Below the pieces are notes generated by a model that was not told where the DNA came from, searched no databases, and saw nothing but the letters and a program-made list of their open reading frames with translations. Source: an uncultured virus (IMG/VR IMGVR_UViG_3300020180_000011) (lineage: Duplodnaviria; Heunggongvirae; Uroviricota; Caudoviricetes). Taken from it: a DNA stretch of 64,000 bases. The stretch lies in the IMG/VR virus record IMGVR_UViG_3300020180_000011; one strand, written 5' to 3'. Positions 38,347 through 47,300 of the stretch are shown here, one piece after another (position 1 is the stretch's first letter; the number at the start of each line of letters is the position of its first letter). The translations under genes and the position numbers were made by a program.

Positions 38347-41065
38347 ACCTTCTACTACATACTATTATCGAGTAAAAGCAGTATCGGCTAGTGGGGAGAG
38401 TGATTATAGTAATACCGTAGCAGTAACCACCAATAGCAGTAATGACTTAGCTGTCTCTAAACAAAATGTTACTGTACCTGTTCTACATAAGATTGAGTCT
38501 TATAGTAACTACGTACTTATCTACTTACTAAAAGCACCAGATAATCAGTATGTAGAAGAGTATAAAGTATCGGTGAGTGGAGTTAATGATTTTTCTACTT
38601 TCGTCTATAATAGCCTTACCTATCTAACCAAAACCAATGTTTCTTTGTACTATGCAGATTCAGATTATTTCCACGTAATAAAGGTAGGTAATCTAGCTGT
38701 AAATACTAATTACTTTTATAGGATTAGCGCAGTTAACTCTCAGAGCATCTCCAGCAACTTAAGCTTCAGTAATGCTACTTCTACCACGTTAGCCAAACCA
38801 CAAGTGCTAGGGGCTACTGTAGTCACAGCTAGCGGCGCTAGTGTTCAATGGGCTAGAGTAGATAACGCCACCAGTTACGAACTAACTGTGTCTGCCAATG
38901 CAAATTTTACCTCCAATATTGTCAACGCTATTGATACAGGAAATGTAGTTTTTAGGGCAATTACAGGGTTAGCTGCGAACACTAGATACTTCGTAAGACT
39001 AAGGGCTAGTCTAGGCGGTAGCTTTAGTCCGTATAGTGATACTATCAGCTTCAATAGTTTAGTATCAGGCACCTACTCTCCGTTAGCAATAAACATTGAC
39101 AATATCTCTATCCTCAATGTCAACAATAGAGATACAACGGGATTTACATTTAATTGGTCTGCAGGAAAACACTCAACAGCCTACAGGGTAGACGTATCTA
39201 CTAGTGTAAGTTTTGCTTCGTTTGTAGTCGAGAACTTTATTACCAAAGCGACCTCATATACTGCTGTAGGACTAACTGAAAACACTACATACTATTTCAG
39301 AGTAAGAGCTAACAACGCCTACATGAGTACGCCTTACGCAAGCTCCCTAATTAACACTCTGAGCATCAATGCCCTATTGAATCCGCCTATTGCTATCAAC
39401 AGTGGACAAATCTTTAGTACCTCTTTCCTAGCTCAGTGGGTAAAAAGAGCATATGCATCTAGGTACAAATTAGATATTAGTACTGCACCTAACTTTAGTG
39501 TCATCAGCAGTAGCTACAATGTTGCAGATATTGACTCATTTGTATTTGATAATTTAATTGCAGGTACTTCTTACTATTGGAGGGTCTTTGCTTTAAATAC
39601 TGCAAACAGCTCTACTGCATCAAACTCAATAAATATAACAACCACTGCTGTTTTGCCCATAATTGGTGGTTTAGCTGATTCTTACATTGATGGTAAAGTG
39701 CTGTTAAGTTGGACTGGTAACGTTGCATATACTAAGTATTATCTAACTATCTATAAGGACTCATACTCTACCAGCTATCTAGGTGATGGCTTCTTTAACC
39801 AACTAGACGTAGGTAATCTATCTAATTTTACACTAGATGTATTTTTAGAAGAGAATAGTACTTACAATTACATAGTTACCGGGCAAACCCTAAACGGCGA
39901 TAGAAAAACAAGTGCCATAGGTAGCTTTTATGTACCTTCTGCTGCACCTACTATCCAAGTTAGCAACGACGGTAGGTATCTCCAATGGTCAGGTAACTTA
40001 AATACTATTGATGTAGCTACAGATAGGCAGTTTAAGTTCATGCTGCACGGCTATCAAGCTAGAACTATTGCTACTGGATTTGATATCTCTAATTTATTTA
40101 CTTACTCTGGACTGTATGTAAGAGGTTATCAAACAATTTCTTCAGTTAAAGGTCGCTACAGTAACATTCTTAGTACATTTACAGGAGATAACTTAAACTT
40201 CCTTCTACCTAATGTAACTAAAGATACTGCAACTATTAAATGGCTTCCTACAAGCACCTCTAACTACCGTATACAGCTCTTTAGAAGTATTGCTAGTGTT
40301 TGGACGTTAGAGACTGGTTATGCCTTTCCTAGGTCACTAGGAGCTACCCCTGAGGTAACTCTGACGGGCTTACTACCTAACTCTCTATATCAAGTAACTG
40401 TACAAGATTTATCTGCTACCAATAGATACTCCCTAATGAGCTTACCTTTGACTTTTGCAACTAAGATAGCAGATAGCGCAGAAGAAATAACAGATGATGC
40501 AGCTTTGACTGCGCCTACAGTAACTATTACTGGTGTGGAATTTGATAGGGCTAGAATTAATCTACCTCTAACTTATACTGCCTATATTATTGAAGTGTCA
40601 GATAGGTCAGACTTTATCTATACTAGGACGTACCTAGAAGAATCTAGTTCGTTTTTCTACCTAGGTGCCCCTGATACTCAATACCATGCCAGAGTATATG
40701 GATTGAATACTATTAGAGACCGTAAATCTTTAGTTAGTAGTGTTTCGTTTACTTTACCTGAGCTATCTACTAGCGTCACTAATATCACTATAGCTCCGTT
40801 GCTCAGTAGCTTGACTGAGATTAACAACCAAGAAGCATCTGTCCAATGGACTAATCCTGCTGGTAGTGAGGACGTAGTAATTGAAATTAGCCAGTCTAAT
40901 CAATTCACCTATCTAGAGAAGAGCATCACTATAAATAAAATTGCTAGCAACAAGGCCGTTATGAGTGGCTTCTATGCTAGCAATATTTACTATATTCGGA
41001 TGTATGCTTTTAACCCTCAGGCTATAAGTCCTTACTCCAATGTGCTTCTACTTGACTTAAGTTAA
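38339..41065 (+). CDS. Multi-fibronectin type III repeat protein
   Basis: Repeated L.PSTTYYYRVKAV, LAANTRYFVRLRA, LTENTTYYFRVRA, LIAGTSYYWRVFA, YRVDVST..SF. Confidence 0.85.
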   Translation: MLKPSTTYYYRVKAVSASGESDYSNTVAVTTNSSNDLAVSKQNVTVPVLHKIESYSNYVLIYLLKAPDNQYVEEYKVSVSGVNDFSTFVYNSLTYLTKTNVSLYYADSDYFHVIKVGNLAVNTNYFYRISAVNSQSISSNLSFSNATSTTLAKPQVLGATVVTASGASVQWARVDNATSYELTVSANANFTSNIVNAIDTGNVVFRAITGLAANTRYFVRLRASLGGSFSPYSDTISFNSLVSGTYSPLAINIDNISILNVNNRDTTGFTFNWSAGKHSTAYRVDVSTSVSFASFVVENFITKATSYTAVGLTENTTYYFRVRANNAYMSTPYASSLINTLSINALLNPPIAINSGQIFSTSFLAQWVKRAYASRYKLDISTAPNFSVISSSYNVADIDSFVFDNLIAGTSYYWRVFALNTANSSTASNSINITTTAVLPIIGGLADSYIDGKVLLSWTGNVAYTKYYLTIYKDSYSTSYLGDGFFNQLDVGNLSNFTLDVFLEENSTYNYIVTGQTLNGDRKTSAIGSFYVPSAAPTIQVSNDGRYLQWSGNLNTIDVATDRQFKFMLHGYQARTIATGFDISNLFTYSGLYVRGYQTISSVKGRYSNILSTFTGDNLNFLLPNVTKDTATIKWLPTSTSNYRIQLFRSIASVWTLETGYAFPRSLGATPEVTLTGLLPNSLYQVTVQDLSATNRYSLMSLPLTFATKIADSAEEITDDAALTAPTVTITGVEFDRARINLPLTYTAYIIEVSDRSDFIYTRTYLEESSSFFYLGAPDTQYHARVYGLNTIRDRKSLVSSVSFTLPELSTSVTNITIAPLLSSLTEINNQEASVQWTNPAGSEDVVIEISQSNQFTYLEKSITINKIASNKAVMSGFYASNIYYIRMYAFNPQAISPYSNVLLLDLS

Positions 41066-41088
41066 CAAGAGTGGTCGTTAAGCCAACT

Positions 41089-41280
41089 TTAATCTACCTT
41101 ACTAAAGCTGTCGCTGCGAGGAAAACTTAACCAGCTAAAGAACACTTTTGTTTGCATTCTAGTACAATGCTCATTAATTAACTCCGCCCTCATAAGAAAT
41201 AACCAATCATCAAAAGTACATGCAATCAGCCTGAAACCGTTAAGAAATATTGACCACCTGGTAATTTTTAAGTTAGCCAT
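41089..41280 (-). CDS. Small hypothetical protein
   Basis: 63-aa ORF at the end of the - strand block. Confidence 0.4.
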   Translation of the reverse strand: MANLKITRWSIFLNGFRLIACTFDDWLFLMRAELINEHCTRMQTKVFFSWLSFPRSDSFSKVD

Positions 41281-41399
41281 TTGTCAGAGTTCCCCAAGCA
41301 TCTATAAAACTTAAACCTGTACCAGTGACTAAAAGTAGGGTCGTATGGCATACTTACAAGATTGTACCAGTCTACGTAACTCTTAAAACATTCAATCAT
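41268..41399 (-). CDS. Small aromatic-rich hypothetical protein (43 aa)
   Basis: MIECFKSYVDWYNLV...; overlaps both neighbours; not in the ORF track. Confidence 0.35.
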   Translation of the reverse strand: MIECFKSYVDWYNLVSMPYDPTFSHWYRFKFYRCLGNSDKWLT

Positions 41400-41529
41400 G
41401 TGTGTTTGCCGTGAATGCAGGAATACCTATACCATTATCTCCATCGCAAGAAGCAAAAACATTACCAAAAAGAAAGATAACCAATACTAAGAGTAGTACA
41501 GGTTTATTGGTTTGTATGGATGTTTGCAT
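41392..41529 (-). CDS. Small protein with signal/TM segment (45 aa)
   Basis: MQTSIQTNKPVLLLVLVIFFFGNVFASCDG...; starts 3 nt after the pilin stop. Confidence 0.45.
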   Translation of the reverse strand: MQTSIQTNKPVLLLVLVIFLFGNVFASCDGDNGIGIPAFTANTHD

Positions 41530-41531
41530 AA

Positions 41532-42044
41532 TTAGTTAGGAGGGCACACTGTAGCTGTTGTCATTTGAACAATCAGAGCATCAACTGCTGCAGCTCCCCT
41601 CTGTGTAGAGAAATTATTATCGCACTGTAGACTAAAAGTTGAGGTGTTGCTCAGCGCTACCTTCCCCACAGAACCAGCTATAGATTCAGCTAAAGGAGTA
41701 GCAGTTACCATAATACCCGTATCAACGGGGCCTAAAGGCGAAGTGGCGTAGATAAAAGAAGTGCTGGCACCAAAGTTAGTGCCTACGTCTAAATTTTCTA
41801 ACTCCGTAGTAAAAGTCATATTTTCCAAATAGTATATTTGCTGGCCTTTAAGCAAACTTGACACATACACCTTTGCCTCAGATTGCCTAGCTCGTGCTGC
41901 CTGATTAATGAAAGAGGGCAATGCAATCGCGGACAAAATACCGATGATAATAATGACTACCAGCAATTCAATTAAGGTAAAGCCGTAGTTAGTGTTCTTG
42001 CTGAATTTAGCGGAACGTAGATACATTTGCAGGATAGCAGTCAT
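41532..42044 (-). CDS. pilA: Type IV pilin, cyanobacterial PilA-like
   Basis: G|FTLIELLVVIIIIGILSAIALPSF prepilin motif, ARQSEAK...QQIYYLEN, C-terminal Cys pair. Confidence 0.92.
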   Translation of the reverse strand: MTAILQMYLRSAKFSKNTNYGFTLIELLVVIIIIGILSAIALPSFINQAARARQSEAKVYVSSLLKGQQIYYLENMTFTTELENLDVGTNFGASTSFIYATSPLGPVDTGIMVTATPLAESIAGSVGKVALSNTSTFSLQCDNNFSTQRGAAAVDALIVQMTTATVCPPN

Positions 42045-42466
42045 AGTTTAAAATCTCCTAAGTTAGGGGCCGTTTCTTTAACTTTAGCAGTTGGGATAGA
42101 TTCTGGAGCAACTGGTGGAATCTGTTCAAGGATTTCTTCTAGTGATTCTTGTTGAATACTGTCCAGCTTCTCAAGACTCTCAATAAACTTAACTAATTCC
42201 TTTTTTCTACTGGCGATAGTTTTCTCTCGTGTCTTCAGTTCCGCAATAATATCTAAGTAATTAGTTAGATATTCTAGCTCTGCTAGTGCAGTCTGATAGG
42301 TAGTGTTCTCTAGATTGCTTGCTTCTGGTTGAACAATAGTAACCTGTTCCATAGGGTTAGCAGGGTATTCTGTAGCAGGTAACGTTTGTACAGTATCTCT
42401 TCGTACGCCTTTCGTATGTAACAGCCCTGGCGTAGCATTGTTCGCTGGTCGGGTAAATTTGCTCAT
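42041..42466 (-). CDS. Hypothetical coiled-coil protein
   Basis: ATGA overlaps on both sides. Confidence 0.65.
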   Translation of the reverse strand: MSKFTRPANNATPGLLHTKGVRRDTVQTLPATEYPANPMEQVTIVQPEASNLENTTYQTALAELEYLTNYLDIIAELKTREKTIASRKKELVKFIESLEKLDSIQQESLEEILEQIPPVAPESIPTAKVKETAPNLGDFKL

Positions 42467-43077
42467 GCTCTATAAATCTGCGCCTCTTCTAATTTTTTAA
42501 CTTTGTATGCATCCCATAACTCTACATCGTAGTAGTTATCGGGGTCTTGAGAATTGTCTACTAAACTACTATCTCCGTCTTCTGCCAACCATCCCCATTC
42601 TTCTTTAGCTTCTTCTAAGATGTTACCGTCTTCATCATAGAAAGAGAAGTCTAGGAAAGAGTGCTTCTTATTAAAATCAAAACTTAGAAATATATCATCT
42701 AAGTTCTCTTCTTTTAAGAAAATAACTGAGTCCACCAGTATGACGGAATGACAATCAATGTTAAACTCTTTGACAAACTTCTCGAATGTCTTAGTTTGCA
42801 GTACCTCTTTAGCTTTTAGATAGGTAACGTAAGAGTTAGTTACATACAGAAGGATGTTCTTACCATACCAAGTCAAGCAAAAGTTAATAAACATAACTTC
42901 TAGCCAAGTATCTCGGTCTTCAATATCCCATCCTAAATCAACTAACTCTTCTACTACTGAGGGCATATGTTTGTAACACCATGCCCTCATCTCTGTGAGA
43001 TTAATGTGACTCAGCTTAACTTTAGAGTAGTCTAGCTGCTGAATCAGTTTCTTGAATTTTGTCTCTACTTTCTGCAT
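42463..43077 (-). CDS. Hypothetical acidic protein
   Basis: 204-aa ORF in the packed - strand block. Confidence 0.65.
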   Translation of the reverse strand: MQKVETKFKKLIQQLDYSKVKLSHINLTEMRAWCYKHMPSVVEELVDLGWDIEDRDTWLEVMFINFCLTWYGKNILLYVTNSYVTYLKAKEVLQTKTFEKFVKEFNIDCHSVILVDSVIFLKEENLDDIFLSFDFNKKHSFLDFSFYDEDGNILEEAKEEWGWLAEDGDSSLVDNSQDPDNYYDVELWDAYKVKKLEEAQIYRA

Positions 43078-43089
43078 TTTTAGTATTGT

Positions 43090-43431
43090 TCAAAGTTGTT
43101 CTCCGCTACTTGTTTCATTGTTGTCGTTGAAGTACTCTTCGTCTAACTTCTGTACGCTAAGACTAGCTAGTGCCTTGTTAATCTCTGCGTACGTTCCTGC
43201 ATGCAGTTCTGCTGTTGTCTCTATATGAGAGTAGAATGGGTCAGTTGTAACTACCTCTAAATCAGACGTAACCTCTAATAGTTTTCCTGCAATCTCTACT
43301 AGTCGATTGACTAATTCAGTACTTAAAGGCTTATCTAGCTTTACATCGGCGAATAAGATAAGTGCCTCTGCCGCATCTCCTAGAACTTGAATTTGTGCAG
43401 TAACGTCATCTAGCTTTTGTTTATCAATCAT
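43090..43431 (-). CDS. Hypothetical protein
   Basis: 113-aa ORF, packed. Confidence 0.6.
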   Translation of the reverse strand: MIDKQKLDDVTAQIQVLGDAAEALILFADVKLDKPLSTELVNRLVEIAGKLLEVTSDLEVVTTDPFYSHIETTAELHAGTYAEINKALASLSVQKLDEEYFNDNNETSSGEQL

Positions 43432-43432
43432 T

Positions 43433-43618
43433 TTAGTAGCCTAGCTCCACTAGTTCATCTCTTGAGAATTCAACAATCTGTGTCTCAGTATTTGCATACT
43501 CAAGGAATTTTCGTTGAACTTCTTGCACTGACTCTAGGTTAAAGTCATGTCCGCTAATTAAGAGAAAAGGCTTAGTCTGAACTAAATAGTAAACTTTATC
43601 GAATTTAGATGATGTCAT
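43433..43618 (-). CDS. Small hypothetical protein
   Basis: First gene after the TTGACA promoter. Confidence 0.55.
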   Translation of the reverse strand: MTSSKFDKVYYLVQTKPFLLISGHDFNLESVQEVQRKFLEYANTETQIVEFSRDELVELGY

Positions 43619-43637
43619 TTGTTACATATAAAGTATT

Positions 43638-43687
43638 AAGCCCCTAGCAATATATCAATATTACCAGAGGCTTATCGTATCTGTCAA
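43638..43687 (-). promoter_or_regulatory. Sigma70-like promoter overlapping a 16-bp hairpin
   Basis: TTGACA(43687-43682)-18 nt ending TGG-TAATAT(43663-43658); hairpin 43638-43673 fully paired on the - strand with three G-U pairs. Confidence 0.7.
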
Positions 43688-43697
43688 TAGATTTGGT

Positions 43698-44453
43698 CTA
43701 GAATCCCCATTTCCGAGCAGTGGAGATATCTAAGTGCATGATAAACGGAAGATGGCGATAAATTCCTACTCCACCTTTCCATGACTTAAAATACTGCTCG
43801 TACATTTCCTTACCTGTTAGCTGCCTGCCTTTTTTACGAATCTTGATGTCTACAGCACCCCCGCTCAAGTGACGGCTTCTAGATGCCCCACCAGCACGCC
43901 TGTTGAATGGCTCAGGTCTAAACCAGCTAGTAATCTCAAATGGTTCGTCTACAGCGTTTCTATAAGGCTGTAGTCGTTTGGCTAGAGCTTTGATAGTTTC
44001 AACTTGCTCTTTGTTAGGTACACGAGTACCACAGTGAGTAGCTTCATCCCAAGTAAAGTTACCTCCTTCAATAATAGAGTCACTTAAGTAGTATTTAGTG
44101 TTACCTACTCTTACAAAAGCACCCTTATTTAGATTCTTTACTTTGACTGTATCCGTAGGTAATGTGCGGTTTACATCTGGCTCAGTATTAGCTGGACGAT
44201 TGAATGTTTCTACTGCGTTACCGTCTTCGTCAGTTACTTCTACATGAGGAGCAAAACAATACCAGGTAATCTTATTTGCAAAACCAGGAGGAGTTACCTT
44301 AATCTTTAGATGATTAATATCTACTAACCACTCTACAGATTCGACAGAAAACTCTAGCCCTTCCCTTACAAAAACATTGTTATCGGTATCATCGGGCACA
44401 GCTTGTCCTGTACCCTGCTTGAAGAACGTGTTGTCTGTAATTGATAGTTTCAT
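43698..44453 (-). CDS. Peptidase M15-family endolysin/cell-wall hydrolase
   Basis: SWFRP..NRRAGGASRSRHLSGGAVD...FIMHLD Zn motif; N-terminal TFFKQ...HLKI...WY.F.PHV domain like that of cyanobacterial cell-wall enzymes. Confidence 0.8.
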   Translation of the reverse strand: MKLSITDNTFFKQGTGQAVPDDTDNNVFVREGLEFSVESVEWLVDINHLKIKVTPPGFANKITWYCFAPHVEVTDEDGNAVETFNRPANTEPDVNRTLPTDTVKVKNLNKGAFVRVGNTKYYLSDSIIEGGNFTWDEATHCGTRVPNKEQVETIKALAKRLQPYRNAVDEPFEITSWFRPEPFNRRAGGASRSRHLSGGAVDIKIRKKGRQLTGKEMYEQYFKSWKGGVGIYRHLPFIMHLDISTARKWGF

Positions 44454-44462
44454 ACTTATATT

Positions 44463-44684
44463 TTAACTTACAGACTGCCAATAAGAGTTGACATACTCAT
44501 TTGCCCACTCTCTAGTCATTTTGTTGAGTATGCGTTGACGTGACTCCTCGGTTAGCTCATCCCGCTCCTCATCGGTAAATCCCAGATGTTCCACATCCAT
44601 AGTGCCGTGTTGGTCACATAAAACGCAGGTGCCCATCTGTAAATGCAAATTGTACTTATACTTGCCGTCAGTGCCGCTGTCCAT
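44463..44684 (-). CDS. Small hypothetical protein
   Basis: Packed ORF. Confidence 0.55.
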   Translation of the reverse strand: MDSGTDGKYKYNLHLQMGTCVLCDQHGTMDVEHLGFTDEERDELTEESRQRILNKMTREWANEYVNSYWQSVS

Positions 44685-44688
44685 AGTT

Positions 44689-44940
44689 TTAACCTAATGA
44701 AGATAACGTACCATCTACACAAATAGTCGTACTGATAGGTGGCTCTTGATTGTACAAGCAATATTCCGACTTACAGTAGTCATAGCCCAACATATACACA
44801 TTGGCAATAATATTGTGGATATGCTCTTTGTCTACAACAGACTCCGCTTTACAAATGCTTTCACAATACTTAAGCAAACATCTCTCCATTTCTTCTTGAC
44901 GTACAGCAATTGAAGTACGGATAGGTGGTTCTACACTCAT
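44689..44940 (-). CDS. Small hypothetical protein
   Basis: Packed ORF. Confidence 0.55.
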   Translation of the reverse strand: MSVEPPIRTSIAVRQEEMERCLLKYCESICKAESVVDKEHIHNIIANVYMLGYDYCKSEYCLYNQEPPISTTICVDGTLSSLG

Positions 44941-44942
44941 GA

Positions 44943-45176
44943 TTATCCCCTAGTAATTTTTAACTGACCTGGCTCTGTGTATGCACCAAAACCGCCAACT
45001 TTTGCAACACTGGTAGGAGTATTTTCAGGAAGCACTACTTCGCTATGTTTTCTACCTAGGTCATATGAGTCTAGCAACGCCATATACAGAATAGTTTCTA
45101 GGTCGTTATCGTCAGTTGACTCAGATGTGATATTGTCGAAGAGTCTCTGAGAAATTTGTTCTACAGTTTCATTCAT
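44943..45176 (-). CDS. Small hypothetical protein (paralog of the next gene)
   Basis: TVEQISQRLFD...SYDLG. Confidence 0.6.
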   Translation of the reverse strand: MNETVEQISQRLFDNITSESTDDNDLETILYMALLDSYDLGRKHSEVVLPENTPTSVAKVGGFGAYTEPGQLKITRG

Positions 45177-45345
45177 GGGTAGTAACCTCGTCCATAGCTT
45201 GTAGTTGTCCTTGGTCGAATCCTAGTTGATGAGCCTCTTCCAGACAGTCCATCATAGCTGAAATGTAATTCTCAGTTTCTAAGTACCCGCTAGTCAAGCA
45301 ATCGAATAAAGACTCTGCAATCTGCTCTAATGTTCTAGGGCCCAT
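45169..45345 (-). CDS. Small hypothetical protein (58 aa)
   Basis: MGPRTLEQIAESLFD...AHQLG; not in the ORF track; ATGAATGA overlap. Confidence 0.6.
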   Translation of the reverse strand: MGPRTLEQIAESLFDCLTSGYLETENYISAMMDCLEEAHQLGFDQGQLQAMDEVTTHE

Positions 45346-45350
45346 TTTTG

Positions 45351-46073
45351 TTAAGAATAATACGGTAGTGTTTGGCTGCTCTTCTCAAAAAAGCTATGCA
45401 CAGTATAGTTCTGAGACATAGCTGCCAGTTCTGGTGCAACTCCTTTGTACATCAATGAATCTGAACTACGCATAAACAACTCTTTGTCTACGTTAGGTAC
45501 AGCAAATGTCTCAATTAGCCATGCTGCAGTCTGCTTACGAAGATTGTCTAAAGACTTAGATGGTTTGTATCCAAACTGTTGAGCAGCATGTCTATGACTC
45601 ATAGCATGAATAGATTCATCAGCAGAGATATCTAAGGAAGTGGTACGTAAAGAAAGAGTACCATATGTTCGGTAGATAGGCAAGATAACAAAGAAGATTG
45701 CATTCTCAAGAACTGCTGCTTTAGTGATAGGAAAATCTGGATGAGCATTCCATGCTTGACAGATGCCTTCAGCGTCCACATGCAATTTATAATCTTTGTA
45801 GACTTTGCAGCAATTGGTCAACGCAGTTAAATGCTTATCTTCATCTTCAGCATTACGCAATAGACATTCTTTACCATCTTCACCTAGCTTATGTGCGTCA
45901 GACTTAGACAGACCTTGACCGATAAAATCTTGTACACTAATTTCTAGATTGGTTAGACTCAAACAACGAGAAATGGTGTCCTCAGCTCCTTGCGTTGCCT
46001 GTTCCTGGGCACTAGGGAAAATTGGACTCCAGACTTTTCGGCGAGAAGAAACCCGCTCATACAGTGTTGGCAT
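45351..46073 (-). CDS. nrdB: Class I ribonucleotide reductase beta subunit (short, cyanophage type)
   Basis: Ferritin-like ligands NLEIS, DEDKH, LENAIFF, ISADESIH; C-terminal PYYS. Confidence 0.8.
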   Translation of the reverse strand: MPTLYERVSSRRKVWSPIFPSAQEQATQGAEDTISRCLSLTNLEISVQDFIGQGLSKSDAHKLGEDGKECLLRNAEDEDKHLTALTNCCKVYKDYKLHVDAEGICQAWNAHPDFPITKAAVLENAIFFVILPIYRTYGTLSLRTTSLDISADESIHAMSHRHAAQQFGYKPSKSLDNLRKQTAAWLIETFAVPNVDKELFMRSSDSLMYKGVAPELAAMSQNYTVHSFFEKSSQTLPYYS

Positions 46074-46157
46074 TTAAGTGATGGTGTGGTGGTTAAATAA
46101 TCAAGTATTCTCAGTATAGTCTCACAAGCAGGTGTTTGCAAGACTATTTTCATGGTT

Positions 46158-46778
46158 CTACAACTGTGGTAAATGCTTAAGAATCAAGGAGTATGCCTCT
46201 GTCTTAAATCTCCCGATATCATAATCATTTCTGAGGATAATATCTGCTCCCTCATACAGTGCTTTTAGATGTGACTCGCTCTCATGGTTTTCTGTCGGCT
46301 TACCGAAGTCTGTTTTGTCAATATACACCTTAACTGGGTAGTAGTATTCAGGTATGTTATCAAACGCACATTGCTCGTTAAGAAATCGTACATCCGAGAT
46401 TACTGCGTAGTTTGAGCTAGGGCGCATACATGTTAGCGCCACATCCAGTAGTAAAGTATCTACCCAAACATTAGAGTACATACCATTACGCATGGCGTCT
46501 GTTCCAAACTTCTGCATTAGCTGTCGAGTAGTAAACCTGATATCCGGGTTAGTAGGAGAGACAAAGACAATGTTATTTTCCTTAACTTTCCTGTCCTCAA
46601 ATATATCCAAAACTCTGTGGCTTAAATCTTCTTTGTACAAACCTAAAAACAACGCTACATAATCCCGTAACTTGTTAGCAAACTTAAAGTGCTTACAATT
46701 TAGCTTGTCCTCTAAATGCTTAGCTAATGTATCCTTACCTGAACCAATGGGGCCACTAATCAAAATAACTGCAGTCAT
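46158..46778 (-). CDS. Deoxynucleoside monophosphate kinase
   Basis: ISGPIGSGKDT P-loop, FANKLR, RQLMQKFGTD, ISDVRFLNE, HESE. Confidence 0.88.
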   Translation of the reverse strand: MTAVILISGPIGSGKDTLAKHLEDKLNCKHFKFANKLRDYVALFLGLYKEDLSHRVLDIFEDRKVKENNIVFVSPTNPDIRFTTRQLMQKFGTDAMRNGMYSNVWVDTLLLDVALTCMRPSSNYAVISDVRFLNEQCAFDNIPEYYYPVKVYIDKTDFGKPTENHESESHLKALYEGADIILRNDYDIGRFKTEAYSLILKHLPQL

Positions 46779-46797
46779 AAATCTCCGGTAGAAAAAG

Positions 46798-46968
46798 TTA
46801 GTTAAAAATATCCATCCAAGCAAGGAATTGTTCTTCCCAATCTTCAGCAGTCAAGCCTTCACTACTATAACTACCCGGCATTTCTTTCTCGGACTCCACC
46901 CAAAAAGCGTAAAACTTGTCAACATCGGAATGTGCTTGATTGATGTAATCTTTTAGCGAGACAAACAT
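46798..46968 (-). CDS. Small hypothetical protein
   Basis: RBS AGGA before MFVSLKDY; DWEEQFLAW. Confidence 0.55.
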   Translation of the reverse strand: MFVSLKDYINQAHSDVDKFYAFWVESEKEMPGSYSSEGLTAEDWEEQFLAWMDIFN

Positions 46969-47046
46969 GAGGTATTTCCTAGGTAAAAAGTAAGGGCAAC
47001 CTGTGTAGATTACCCTATGTGTGCGTGTATCCACAGAACTAGTTAG

Positions 47047-47295
47047 TTAACTAGCTTGCTCTCCCGAAAAGAGACGTACACCTTCTTTGATGTCTGTGTA
47101 ATCTCTGAAACTATGCCGAAGTTTAATGTTTTCCTCAGTACCCCTATCCTTGTGAATAGCTAGCTGGTGTGCAGCAACTGCATCAGCTACGGCACACATA
47201 CTAGCGTAATATTGAGATTCCCAATCATCCTGATACGCACTAGCAAACCCTTTAGTAGGTAACATCGTCTTCTTAGCGTTTTTAGCTTTGTTCAT
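47047..47295 (-). CDS. Hypothetical protein
   Basis: 82-aa ORF directly after RNR alpha. Confidence 0.55.
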   Translation of the reverse strand: MNKAKNAKKTMLPTKGFASAYQDDWESQYYASMCAVADAVAAHQLAIHKDRGTEENIKLRHSFRDYTDIKEGVRLFSGEQAS

Positions 47296-47300
47296 GTTTT

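Noticed and set aside
45959..46153. 64-aa ORF overlapping the nrdB start
   Set aside because: Long out-of-frame overlap with nrdB and no motif
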